Positions 16,031-31,399 of a DNA stretch of 64,000 nt are shown here, piece by piece. The notes below the pieces were generated by a model. That model was not told the DNA's origin. It searched no databases and saw nothing but the letters and a program-made list of their open reading frames with translations. The first letter of the stretch is position 1, and each line of letters opens with the position of its first letter. The stretch is from the human T2T-CHM13v2.0 reference genome, Homo sapiens. The stretch is from the NCBI RefSeq assembly GCF_009914755.1, contig NC_060941.1; one strand, 5' to 3'. A program made the position numbers and the translations under genes.

Positions 16031-18199
16031 CTTAGGATATGATCAAGATGATAAATATTTAATGTACATTTGAAAATAATTGATATCAGATTGTAGGATA
16101 TAAATGTTAAACATTCAATTATAATTTAAATATTGTTTATACAAGCCTGTGTTCATAGCCATGTTCCACTCCCATGTCTGCTTAACCACATGGGGGAATA
16201 TTGGAGTTGAGGGTGAGGAAGGGTGCGTGTCTCAGTGGGGCTTGAAATTGGGACTGGAAGGAGAGCTTGGCCCAGATCAGAGACATGAAGCAACCAAAAG
16301 GGAAAGAGAGAAGGCCGGGCATGATCTGCAAAGCTATAGAAAGAGCTGGTTACTACATCCACTTCCTTTGGCCAGAACTCCACCTCCACAGAGTCCTCAA
16401 AGATCTTCTCCTGAACTCCGCACTCCCCAGCCTTGAGAGGAGACACAGGAGCTGGAGGAAGCAGCTTTATCCCTCACTTTGTGGTTCAGTCCAGCCTGTT
16501 TTCCAAGGGGTAAAGGGCAGTGGAAGGATAACTAAGAAAATAATAATAACAAATGAAAGCATCTCTGTGGAGCTTCGAGATGGTTTTGTGGTTTTGACAT
16601 CCTTGGTTTATTGAGTCTGCTATGCTTGTCATTACAAGGAACTACATCGTCTCTTTAGTGTGACCAACACATGCTGGGTCCCTGCTATGTGCCAATCCAA
16701 CCCTGTAAGATGGAGGTCATGACTATTTCCATTTTACAGATGGGGAACTGTGGCTCAGAACCCAGATTCCTTGACCCCAAGGCTCATGATTTTCCCGCAT
16801 GCCTTCCTGGGGATGGCTCCAGCCGATGGAGCCTGGGATGAAGAGACCGACCAGCTCCCTGGACCACACCCTGTCCTTCTCCTTGTGGTCCCTTAGCTCT
16901 CCTTTCTTGTTGCTTCTGCCCTCATCCTTTTCCTGAGTGGTCTCTCCTCAAGTGTGTGTCTGGTGCCCCAGGAAGCTCCTCTTTCACCCACCCCTCCACC
17001 ACCTGCCCTGTTTGATTTGACTTCATTCATTCGCTTGTCTATTCATCTACCTTTTTTCACCTAGCAAGCACTTGGCAGGCTTGGCCAGGCATTGTGCTAG
17101 GCTCGGGTGTCCAGAGGTGAGGAAGACCTTTCAGAGCTCCCAAGCAAGAGAGGGCAGTACATTCAAGGCCAATACATTGGGTTCGGCACTCCAAGGGCAG
17201 AGAAGAGAAACCAGCCTCCAACTTGGTCCTGTGAAAACTGGACTTTTCATGTTGCACATGACAAGGGTCCAGCCAGAATGGCTAAAACAACCCACACTCT
17301 GGGGGTACCTCAAGCAATGGGGATAGAATCGACCCTGAGGATGCCCAGCAGATCAATTGCATGGGCCACGGGCCTTCCTGGGATGGAAGGGTGCGCCTTC
17401 CTCTAATCTTCTACCCGCAGGGCCCCTCAGGAGGCTTCTTTATTCTGGTTAACTTTCAGGTCCCTCCAAATGATCTGTCTTTAGAAGGGCTCCACCTCCT
17501 TCTAAGTGGCATTCTTCCCTCGAGTTCTGTCCATCCCACTGTGTGTGTATGTAAGATAGCAAGAGAGATGGAGGCACACATGCATGCTTATATCCCATCT
17601 CAGCCTTTCTCCGTGGCGGGTCTTGGGCAGTAATTGAAGAGCCGGAGCCCCCATTCTATGCAGTGAGCCCCACTCTTGCCCTGTGTGGGGAGCATGTGGG
17701 CAGAGCCACCACAGGATTCCCTATCCTGGTGGGGAAGAGAAGGCATGACTTGAGAGCTCTCACCAGAGCCTAGGCTCAGGAGAAGAGCAAGCCAGTGGGA
17801 CAGGAAGGAAGAGGAGGAGAAAAAAGGACAGACCTTGACAGTGGGATGACCAAGGGCAGAATCCTGGGACAGCCAACAGCTGCCACCTCCCAGGAAGACA
17901 GGAACCAGGGCCCCTTGACAGGAGCAAGACTCCCACCCCCAGTGGCTGAGCCTCCTGCCTGGGAGGTTGGCTGGACCCAACCAGGCCGGGGTTGTATGTG
18001 TCCCCCAGCGGGGACAGTGTTGGCAGTTCTAAGGTCTCAAGGGCCAACGGGTTAGGCAGGCAGCAGGAAGGTTTGTGGTGTCAGCCCTTTTCTAGCTCCC
18101 TCTCCCTCATCCTACACCATGTCCCCCGACAAGCCCCCAACCCAATCCTCCTCCTCCTGTCCTGCTCCTCCTCCCTTTTCCATTTGGAAGAAGGAGGCT

Positions 18200-19100
18200 T
18201 GCTGTCTTTGTATTTTAACTGTAGCAAAAAGATTAAATTGTTTACGAGCCGGGAGCCTCTGCTGGTTGGATGAGCCGGAAGAGACAAAGATAGACATTCT
18301 AATTCTCCCCCGTTCTCCAGGCCTCCGTCCCCCTGGCTGCTGCTAATTCTTTTATCTGCCCCCAACACTCCAGGCATTATGTGCATTCATAAAAAAGGGG
18401 GGGTGGAGTGGAGAGAACCCTCGCCGAAGCCAGCAAAATTACTGTTCTCTGCGCGGTTTCTCTGATAGCAATCTCTTGAATGCTGATTACTTTTTTCCCC
18501 TCTCCCCTGCCCCCTCCCCCCTTCCCCAGCACCCAACATAAGTTGGTCTTTAACCCTTTATCTTTAGCAAGCAGAAAGACATGGAAAACATCTCACTCAG
18601 TGGGTGGAAAAAAAAAAAAAAGCAAGGGGGGCAAGGAAAGAAAAAAAAACAACAACCCAGCACAGAGAAGAATTACTGTTATCTCCTCACCAGAAGAGGA
18701 ACAGCAGAGATAAGGGAAGCCTGAAGAATTAAAAGAAACGTAGCGTTGGGGCTCTAAATTCACGCCGAAGCCGGCTGTATTTGTCTGTCACGGGGGTTCA
18801 TAATTTTCTGAGGTTGTTTTGATAGACTTATTGTGCGGACTGCATAGAAAACTCATCAGCATTTGTTGCCTCTGAGCGTTATTGTCAGAGGTAACTGCGT
18901 GTCTGTAGACTGGGGGAGATAATGGCTGAAGTAGAAAGCAGATAAAGCCCAGGCTCTTCTCATTAAGGACTATCTCTGCCTCCGCAGACCGGCCGGGATT
19001 GAGTGACTGGGGCGGCAGCACGGGGCATACATTATGCCAGCAAAAGCAAAAGGCGGCGGCATGAGTGCGGGCAGCTGGAGGACCCCGTGGCCCTGGATGA
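18200..19100. promoter_or_regulatory. Candidate enhancer / conserved non-coding cluster
   Basis: Repeat-free, CpG-retaining; AGATAA sites, TAAT/ATTA and TGTCA motifs. Confidence 0.45.
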
Positions 19101-22100
19101 ATGGCCGAGGGGAGCGCTTGGATGGTGCCCGCAGTGTGGTCGGCTGCAGGGGTGCCAGTCGGGGACACCCAGGGGCTCCCTGAGCTCTGGGGGTTTATGG
19201 CAGAGCAATGAGGAGGGGTTGCAGTGCAGGCAATTCTTTGGTTCCATTCTGACATTGCACAGAGGGGGAAACTGAGGTCTGGAGAGGGGAAGGGGTGTGT
19301 CTGGGGCCTCCTACTGAGGGAGGGCAGAGCAGGTTCCTCTGATTCTGGGGTATTTATCCAGATCCATGCCTCGCCTGTGCAGTGGCTGAGAGATGGGAGC
19401 CTCCCATAACCCAGTCCACTGTCCACGTGGAGATGTGGAGGGGTCATATACTGTTAATACCTGTGGGTCCCTCCCTCCCTCCCTTCCTCCAGCACATTTT
19501 CTTGGAGTGCCCATGAGAAGCCAGGCACTGGGGAATGTGCGGGCACTGTGGTCATGGGCGCACTGTGTGTAACCCCCCAGCCATCCTCCTCCCTCCATCT
19601 ACTATGGAACTACCCTCTCCAGCAAAGGGGGCAGGCAGACCTGGGCAGAGAGGTTCACAGTGTCCTCAAGCCAAGCCTAAGGCCAGATGGGGACAAGCTG
19701 TGCAGTGAAAGACTAGAGGCTAGGTCAGCAGAACTGGGCTTTGTGTAGCCTGGGAGGGGGACACTTCTCTGGCCCCTTTCCCATCTGTGAAATGGGAACA
19801 ATAATGTAGCCCACTTCATAGGGTGGTTGAAAGGACTGATGAGATAGTTTATAGAAGAAGGTTTGTTAGCACGTTGCCTGGACACACTAAGTGCTCGGTA
19901 AGCCTGTTATTATCTTTATAATGATTGTTCCTCTGGTGGCCCTAAGGACCTTCTGGACAGCTCAGTACTGCTTCCTTCATCTGACCCAGGGTGGGGCCTC
20001 CAGGGAAAGGCATCTGAGCTGTAAGTGAATGTTTTATCCTTGTCACATGCTCCCATAGAGGGGAGGCCTTGGCGTTGTCTGAGTCCATTCCTTTCAGTTG
20101 GCTGATGAGAACTGAGCCCAGGGAAGAAAGGGCCCAGCTCAGGGCACACCGCAGGCTCCAGGCAGAACTGGACAAAGGACCGGGTCTCACAGCCATGGCA
20201 AAACCTTGCATGCTTTCTTTGGCAGCATCCTGCCTTCTGGGTTGCTTCTGCCTGGGAGGCTGGCCAGGCAGGAGAGTACTGGTGCATGGCTGCAGCCATC
20301 AGGGGAAGAGGGGACCCAAGGCCCTGCCACCAGCCCCAGGGACCCTGAGCCCATATCTGAGGCTGTTCTGGTCTCTTGCCTCCTCAGAATGACCTGGGCC
20401 AGGCTTGGAAATGCCAGCGCTTTTAGCAGTTGATTGATCTGCATTTGGTTTGGCTCAGGCCAACTGAGAGGGGCAGCATCAACAGCGCAGGGATTTAGTG
20501 ATTGAGGGGGAGATGGACTACAGACTGGAAGAGGGGCTCCGGACAGACGCTGGGGAGTCTAGAGGGTCAGCCTGGGGGTCGCTGACCACAGAATCTGCAG
20601 TATGAGCACAGGAGCCACTCTGGCCCTGTAGGACTAGTGGGGAAAACCAACACAATAAAAGTTCTTACAAACAACCAGTGCAGTGAATGAGAAAACTACA
20701 GGAGTACAGAGGAGGGAGGAGCCAGCCTGGTCCAGGGTGGGGAATGGAGAGCCCAGGAGACAGTAGAGTCAAGACTGGAAGATTAGATAGTGGACACGGT
20801 GGGGAAGGGCATTCCAAGCAGAGGGAACAGCCTGTGTAAAGACCCGGAGGCAAAGAAGAGCGCGGGATGAGTGGGAACAGTGAGGAGGTGGGTGTGTGCA
20901 TAGGGGAGGGGGAGGCATGTTGGGAAGAACCTCAAATGCCAGAGGAAGAAGACAGGGCTTTATCCAGTGCATCAATGGGGTCCCCTGAGTGTTCCAAATA
21001 GCTGGAAATGCTCACCTCCTGGAAAATTGGGCTCTACCAGTGACCACTGCCCTTGTCAACTCCCTGCCCCGCAATGTCCCCAGCTGTTATTGAGTTAGTG
21101 AACTCAATAAGGGGCTGATAAATGATGGCAGAGCCTGGCAGGAGTGGCAGAATGTGGAGCGGAAAGAGCATAGACTCTGGAATGCCTGCATCTCATGGAT
21201 TTAAAATTAAATCTCCGTTTCAAGTTGTGTGACTTTGGGGGCTAGGCATGTAACCTCCCTGGACTCAGTTTTCTAATCTATAAAGTGGGGACAACAGCTG
21301 TCTCCAAGCATAACTGTGAGAATTATCTGGGGATGGTGTGAAGTGCCTGGCATGTCGCAGCCTTGAAACAAATGCCAGTTCTCCCTCCCCCACCCACCAC
21401 AGGCTGCCAGCATTCCAGCTGGGGCAGTGTGTCCCAGTACCTTGTCCTTGCCCTCCTCAGGCAGCGCTCACCTGCAGGCAGCCCTGTGGGCTGTCACTCA
21501 TCATCTGCCCTGTGCCCAAGCATTGTCTCCCTTGCTTTTGCTGACAGTGATGTCCTGGCTTTGGTCCCAGCCTGTCCTCCTTGGCAGAACACCTGGCATT
21601 TCACTCCACCCTCGCCCCCAACCGGTAATACCTGTCAGCCCAGCCTTGCCAACATCCCTAGATGTGACCTACACCTGCCTAGACCCACAGACTGTTCCCT
21701 AGACCCTTTTGGCTGTCCAGGCCAGACCTGTCCCTAGTCCACATGTCAGTTCCGTGCCCTGTAACACAGCTAGCTACTGGGAGGTTCTGGACCCTGGAAG
21801 GTCTCAGGGTTCCCCTGCAGCTTGGGTTGGGTGCAGGGGTAGATTCAGGGTGGCAGGCTCAGCTCAACCTCACAGAGAGAGTTATGGCTGAGAGTTATTT
21901 CCTGAGAGTCAGGAAACTTGGCTGAACCCTGGCTAATGGGCTGTGTGGCTGTGGGCAATACACTGGCCCTCTCTGGGCCTCAGATTTTTAACCAATAATT
22001 GGAGAGAATCCATCCCTAAGGCCTGTTCTGGCTCTAATGGTCTCGGATTCTAGGAGGAAAGGGCCAGAAGTCTGCAGCAAAGGTCTGTAACCCCCTTCCT

Positions 22101-22179
22101 CTGTGCCCTGAAAGGGGCAGCAGGAAAGCCTCATATCCCAGCGCAGCCCCGCCTCCGCTGTCTTGGCGAGGCACGCACT

Positions 22180-22320
22180 CACTCCTTGGGATTTACAATG
22201 GGCTGAATTCATTTGCATAACAAAATTGGCTCGGGTATCCAAGTGTTGCAGGAAGACAAGTGTAACATTACGCAGAACAAGCAGCTGGGAGGAAGGTTAC
22301 CACCAACAATGAGGGAACAA
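22180..22320. promoter_or_regulatory. Candidate SOX/POU enhancer with OCT4-SOX2 composite site
   Basis: atttgcataacaaa at 22211-22224 (reverse TTTGTTATGCAAAT); extra SOX-type acaat sites nearby. Confidence 0.55.
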
Positions 22321-22619
22321 GATGCCCGCCCACCTGCTGCCTCTGCCAACCTTTCATCCACAGGCATGGGGGGCTGCCCGGGGGCAGTGTCAGGGGTGGG
22401 GGAGAAGAGATCTGCAGGCATGGGAGATGGCTGCCTGCCCAGGGATCTGGGCTGGGTGGATGGGTCGGATGGGAGGGGAACTCCTGCTCCTAGGGTCTTC
22501 TCACTGTTAGGGTGAAGAGGTTTCCTTTGCTATTTCTAAATGCCTGCACCATTTAAATGGTCCCAAAATTATCTCCCCACTCTCAGGACTTGATAACACA
22601 AGAACTTAACCACTAACCA

Positions 22620-22960
22620 TGCACCGGTCCACTCATCCACTCTCATCCATTCACTCGCTCATCCACACATCTGCCATCTATCCACCTGCCACCATCCATC
22701 CGCCTGCCACCATCCATCCATCCATTCATCCATTCACTCATCAATTTACCCATCCGCTCATCTCCCCATCCATCTGCCTATCCATTCTTTCATCCTTCCA
22801 CGCACCTTCCCACTCTCACCCACTCACCTATACACTCATCTATTTACTAATCCCTCTGCCCACCCATGTGTCCATCCATCTATCCTTCCATCCACCCACT
22901 CATCCACTTACTCATCCACCAGGCCCCTCATTAATTCACCCATCCACCCTTGCATCCATC
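22620..22960 (+). repeat. Degenerate (CCAT)n / (CCAC)n simple repeat
   Basis: Visible tetranucleotide periodicity. Confidence 0.9.
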
Positions 22961-24054
22961 TAACAAAGCCAGATGTTGGACACGTGTTTGTGCCAGGTAC
23001 AGCACTGGGGATTTCTCTGTGCCTCAGCTTCTTCGTCTATAAAATAAGGGTAATAATGGGATCTACCTCACAAGCTTGACCATGGCCCAGACTAAGTGCT
23101 GTGTAAGTGTTTTCTGATGTTAATCTTATTAGGCACTGGGGAATCTAAAGGTAAATAAAACAGAGTTGCTGCCCTAAAGGAAATCACACACTTCCTGGGG
23201 AAAAATGCAAGAAAACTGGCATTAGGGTCCCTCGTGGGATGTGCTCATCTGTAGGGAAATATTAAGGGTTGCGGGACGGCCAAAGCTTGGGCGTCCTGTC
23301 TCATTCCAGGCTCATTTGGGAGGTAGGAGGGGACAAGAAGTATCGTTATTGATCTTTGTATATTACAGATGAGGAAACTGAGGCCTAGGAGAGTTAAAGG
23401 ACCGCCCAAGACCACACCACCGCACAGAGACACCAGGACTGAACGCTTGTGTCTTCTGACTTGCAGCTTCCAGCAGCCTGGATCATGCTCTTCTTACCTC
23501 ATCTGGGTAGCAAGAGAAGGCTGCTCTAAAGCTACCTTACTCCCAGGTTGCAGGAGCAGAACCAAGACGTTCAGATCCCTTGAGGAAGAGAATGGCTCAG
23601 CATGAGGGGGCCTCACCCAGAGCCCTGGGTCTGCTCTGAGCCCCTCACTTAAAGAGGGAAGCTGACCAAATGAGGTGAGCCTGCTCAGGGGACTAGGGCT
23701 GGGGAAGGTGGACATCCATTTGGTCTTTGGAACTGAGGCCTGAGCAATGCATTCTGGCTGTGCTATGGGTCGGGGGGCGCACCACGGAGCTTGACCTCAG
23801 CATAGAATGTGGATTCTGCTTAACACACCTGAGGGCTGCATGGGGCACAGGATGGAGATGTGCTGTATGCAATCCTAAGCAGTGGAGCCAAGATCAACCC
23901 ATGAAAGCTACAGGAAAATATGCCTACATGAAATGTACAGGAAGGCACATTTGATAATTTCTAACTATAATGATCAGTTCCCACCTCACAGAACTGTTCC
24001 AGGCAAAGTGGTCATGTCCTTGTCACTAAAAGCACTGAGATGCTAGAAGGGGGC

Positions 24055-24240
24055 ACAGTGTGGTAGAAGAATTGTGGCCTTTGGAGCATGTCAGGCCTGA
24101 GTTCAAATCCAGATGTTGCCTGATGCTATCTGCGTGACCTCAGGCAAGTCACAGAACTTCTCTGAGGCTAGTCTGAAACATGGGAATTAGAAATCTCCAT
24201 CACAATAGCTTGTGAGAATCCAGTAACAATGACCAATGCT
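24055..24240 (+). mobile_element. MIR
   Basis: ggcctttggagc...cctgagttcaaatcc...tgtgcgtgacctcaggcaagtcac...tgtgagaat core. Confidence 0.75.
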
Positions 24241-24251
24241 TAACAGTGTGC

Positions 24252-25062
<811 letters not shown>

Positions 25063-25800
25063 CTCCACCTTACTAATGAGGTTTCAGAGGCACAGAGAAG
25101 CTGAGCTTCCAGCCCAGAATCACAATTCATTATGACACATTCAATGAAATGCAATGTAGGAGAATGCTCAGCACTGATGTCTTTCTCATTCCAGAAAACC
25201 TAGGTGGGTCTGGGCTCCACTGTCTGTCTTATTAAGAGGCCCTGGCGGGCTGGGCCTCATCTCTGCACCTGTGTCCATCTTCCCTGCAGCAGAACAGAGC
25301 AACAGAGCAAGTGGCACCAGAGAGACCACCCACGGAGGGCACTTCGTGAAGAGCGAGGATTGGCTCTGACCAGTGCTTATCAGCAGGCACACAGTAGGTG
25401 CTCTATAAGGATTTGTTGCATAAATTAACAAATGAGCAGTGAAGTAATGAAGTAGAGAGCATTTCACTTTGTGTAGAAGACTGAATTCAGGCACTTCCAG
25501 GAGCTTTTCCAAATGTAAAGCTCTGGGAGCCTGAGATGACCAGTCTCCTCCCTAGCTGGGCTCCATTCCTCCCCTGAGAAATTGGAAGCACCAATTTGCA
25601 TCCTGTGTACAGCAGGCACTCAACGCATGATGCCGATATTAGTATCTCCACCCACATTTTCCCTTGGTCCCAATTTCACCTCCACTTATTTAAATTTTAT
25701 TTTACCCTGTTGGGCATTTTCTGCAAGCTGTCTCCAATCCTTGAAGGGGGTGTGTGTGTGTGCATGTGTGTATCCATGGTGGTACATAAAGAAACCAAGA

Positions 25801-26282
<482 letters not shown>

Positions 26283-26904
26283 TCAGGAGCTCAGAGCCTG
26301 GCAGAGGGGTCAGCCCATGACACCAGATGTGGTAAGAATCCCCTGGGGTCATCCTGGGCACTCCAGCAGAGGGTCCTCCAGGCACCCGCCCCCAGAATCA
26401 CACAGGCTGCAGCATTTCTCTGAACCAAGGGCTCTTAGGGCCCTGGCCCTCACATGGGAACCTCCTCACCACTTCTCTCCTTCAAAATCCTTCTCTTCAC
26501 TTCCTGTCCCTCCTGCATCTCCTCCTTGTCCCCTCAGCAGCCCCACAGCTTTGTGTTGGCCTCTGCCCCGCAGTCTCAGGCCTCCATGTGGGAGTTTGGG
26601 TTTGGCTCCCTCGGGAGACTGTGAGAGCCTCGGAAAGAGGAACTCGGCTCCTCCCCAGCATCCAGCACAGTGCCCCTCAAGTGGGAAGACGTGAAAAGGT
26701 CCCTCAAAGACCTGGTGCTCCCAATATACATCTGGCCTTGGCCCCAGTGGCAGGAGCCAGCAGCAGGTCTGAATTTATTCATCTGCAGGGTGAGAATGAG
26801 AAAGGAGGGCATGCCCCGGCCTGGGAGGATAGGCCATCACCGAGACGGTCGCCTCTGGGGCTGCTACCGCTCTCCCCTCCTCCATGGTGACCCTGGGAGC
26901 TCTC

Positions 26905-27375
26905 GGAGCAGGTTCAACTGTGTTCATCAAAAGATATGGCCAAAACCTAAATCCCAGTGCCCGTGACGTGACCTTATTTAGAATAGAGTCTTTGCAGATG
27001 TAATTAAGGATTTTGAGATGACATCATCCTGAATTCAGGGTGGGTCTAAATCCAATGGCTGGTTTCCTTATGAGAGACAGAAGAGGCAGATTTGAGACAC
27101 AGAGAAACATAGAGAAGAAGGCCATGTGAGGACAGAGGCAGAGATTGGAATGACTCCCAGCTACAAGCCCGGGAACACCAAGATTGCCAGCAGCCTCCAG
27201 AAGGTGGGAGAAAGACAAGGAATAGATCCTCCTTCAGATCCTCCAGAAGGAAGCAGCCCTGCCAACACCTTGATTTCAGACTTCTGGACTCTGAAACTGT
27301 GAGAGAATACATTTCTGTCTCTTGAAGCCACCAAACTTGTGGCAATTTGCTGCAGCAGTGCTAGGAAACTAATGC
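26905..27375 (+). mobile_element. MLT1C-like ERVL-MaLR solo LTR
   Basis: gtgaccttatttagaatagagtctttgcagatgtaattaagg...ccctgccaacaccttgatttcagacttctgg...ctaggaaactaat. Confidence 0.85.
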
Positions 27376-28053
27376 CGCCCCTTTCTCTGTATCTTGGTTC
27401 ACCTGTCCCCAGCACGATTTTTTGGCAACCTCTTAGAACAATGAGAGGACATCACCCATCCTTGCCCCTCAATCCAAGGATTGTGCTGAGAGATCTCACC
27501 AGCAACACTGCCACCTAAATGCTGGTAACTTCCAGCACACCCCTCCCTGTGCCTCAGTTTCTCCATCTGGATAGTGAAGAGTTGGGTAAGCTGATTTCTA
27601 AGGTCCTTTCTAGCCTTAAGAGTCCACATGACCCCAAACTATAAAGCTACTAGAAGAAAACATGGGGGAAATGCCTTATGACATTGGTCTGGGAAAAGTT
27701 CTTTTGGATAAGACCTCATAAGCACAAGCAACAAAAGCAGAAGAAGAAAGTGGGATGACATCAAACTGAAAAACTTTGGCCCAGCAAAGAAAACAATCAG
27801 CAGAGTGAGGTACAGAATGGGAGAAAGTATTTTCAAACTATGCATCTGATAAGGGGTTACTCTCCAGAAGATGTAAGGAACTCAAATAACTCAGTAGCAG
27901 AAAACTACTCAGAAGACTGGGGAGGGAGGATTGCTTGAGCCCAGGAGGTTGAGGCTACAGTGAGCCATGGTCTTGCCACTGCACTCCAGCTTGGGACCCT
28001 GTCTCAGAAAAAACAAATTATTTGATTAAAAATCAAGGAACAGACCTGAATAA

Positions 28054-28419
<366 letters not shown>

Positions 28420-28759
28420 CTAACATCACTAATCATCAGGAAGATGCAAATCAAAACTACAATGAGATATCATCTTACCCTAGTTAGAATGGCTATTATC
28501 AAAAAGACAAAAAATAACAAGTGCTGGTGTGGTTGTGGAGAAAGGGGAACTCTTATACACTGTTGGTGGGAATGTAAATTAGTATTGCCACTATGGGAAA
28601 CAGTATGGAGGTTCCTCAAAAAATTAAAAATAGCTTGTAATCCAAGCACTTTGAGAGGCTGAGATGGGAGGATTGCTTGAGCCCAGGAGTTCAAAGTTGT
28701 GATGAGCTATGATTACACCACTGCACTCTAGCCTGGACAACAGAGAGACACCCTATCTC

Positions 28760-28960
28760 AAAAGAGGAAGAAAAGACTAGGAAGACAGAAAGACAGGGAG
28801 GAAGGAGGGAGGGAGGGGAGGAAGGAGGGAGGGAGGGGAGGAAGGAGGGAGGGAGGGGAGGAAGGAGGGAGGGAGGGAAGGAAGGAAGGAAGGAAAGAAA
28901 GTAGGAAGGAAGGAAAGAAAGTAGGAAGGAAGGAAAGAAAGGAAAAAGGAAAGAAAAGGA
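28760..28960 (+). repeat. Near-pure polypurine (GGAA/GGAG) tract grown from the tail of a short Alu (28633-28765)
   Basis: 20-bp unit gaaggagggagggaggggag x3 (28801-28860) plus gtaggaaggaaggaaagaaa x2 (28901-28940). Confidence 0.9.
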
Positions 28961-29476
28961 CTATGATCCAGGAAGGAATAGAACTAATATGATCCAGTAA
29001 TCCCACTACTGGATCCAAAGGCAATGAAATCAGTATGTCAAAGAGACATCTGCAGTCCTTTATTTATTGCAGGGGTATTCATAATAATCAAGATATGGTA
29101 TCAACCTAAGTGTCCATTGGTGGATGAGTAAAAAAGAAAATGTGGTACATAGAAACAATGGAATACTATTAATCCATGAAAATATGAAATCCTGTCATTT
29201 GTGGCAACATGATGGATTGGGATGGACTTGGAGGACATTATGTTATGTGAAATAAGCAAGGCACACAAAGTCAAATACTGCATGATCTTATTCATATGTA
29301 GAATCTAAGAAAATTGTTCTCACAGAAGTAGAGAGTAAAATAGTGGTTACCAGAAACAGGGAGCTGGGGGTAGGGAGGGTGGGATGGGGAGAGATTAGTC
29401 AACAGATACAAAGTTATGGTTAGATAGGAGGTGTTCTATTATTGCACAGTAGGAGGGCTGTAATTAATAGTACTGT

Positions 29477-30097
<621 letters not shown>

Positions 30098-31399
30098 TGA
30101 ATTAGGACTCAATACCCCAATTCCACAGAGGAGGAAACGAAGAAGTTGCGGGGGTTGGCTTCCTTGGGCCGGGCCAGGGATTCTGCAGAAGTGGCAGAGG
30201 TACCCCTGTGTGCTGTCCAGCTTGAAGAATGGGGCAGGGTAGGGGCACAGTCTTGGTGAGGGTGAGAGATCGCTTACAAGGAACTGAAACATTCAAACTT
30301 ATTTAAGGCGAAAGGAAAGAGGGAAGAGAGGGAGGGAGGAGGAAGGGAAAAAAGAAAGACTATATGGGGGGATTTATGGGAGGATTCAGGGGTCTCTGCC
30401 ACTGAGAGCCCACTCAGGCCCCCCAGTCCCCTTGCCGTCCCAGTCAACTGCAGATGCTAAATTCTCCTCAGCAGCCCGATCTGGGGGAGGGCACTCTAGG
30501 AACACGAGATTGGGCCTGTGATGTCGGGCATGTGACCAGGTGGTGCCCAGAGCTCTGCTGACCGCAGGGGTGACCTCAGTGAGGGGCTGCCCCACTTAGG
30601 CCCTCATGCCTGTCTTCTGCCAAGTGAGGGCTCTGGCTCTCGGCTAAGCAAGTCTGTGATCCATCTGCTCTCTCTAATTAATAATGACAGTAGCACCGCT
30701 TCCCGAGCATTGATTGCACTGTGGCCCTGAGATTGGTGCAGAGCTGGCTGCCCCACACCACCACTTTCTAGCTCTGTGGCCTGAATGAGTTTCTTAGTCT
30801 CCAAACCTTCATTTCCCATCTGAAATCGGGATGTTCTAGCTCCCACATAGACGTTTCAGAACCAGCCGAGCTCATGTGTCAGTGGGGAGCTGGGGACACA
30901 GTAAGCCCTGTTTCTCAGCATCATGGCTCTGTCATTATTCTTATTCCTACAACACTACCAACATCGAGGACATACCAAGCACGGTACTAAATGACTTCTT
31001 AACTCATTAGTCCTTATGGCCCCAGAGAGGAGGAGACTAAGGCTCCGAGAAAGCACCTGGCTGCTCACATCAGGCCCATGGTCCACAGCAGAGCCCTGCA
31101 CACCTGGTGAGCTGTGCGACTCCCAGACCTCACTAAGCCAGAGCCCAGCAGAGTCTTCCAAAGACAACAGAATCTTCCCACGTTCAGTGGGAGGAAGGAG
31201 GAAGTATTTATTGGGCATCTACTGTGTTCTCATGATGAAATTTAAGTTTTACACCTGATATAGGTGGTTGGTCTAATTATGTTCAAGGTAGAGATGAGGA
31301 AACTAGGCAGAGAGGTTCCGTAGCTTACACTGGGGCGTCTGGCATCGGACATGAGAGCCAGGAGCTTCCCAGACTGGAGCACTGCAGGTGCTCCAGTGG

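Noticed and set aside
18788-19447. 219-aa minus-strand ORF
   Set aside because: No recognisable homology or ATG start; composition fits GC-rich non-coding DNA
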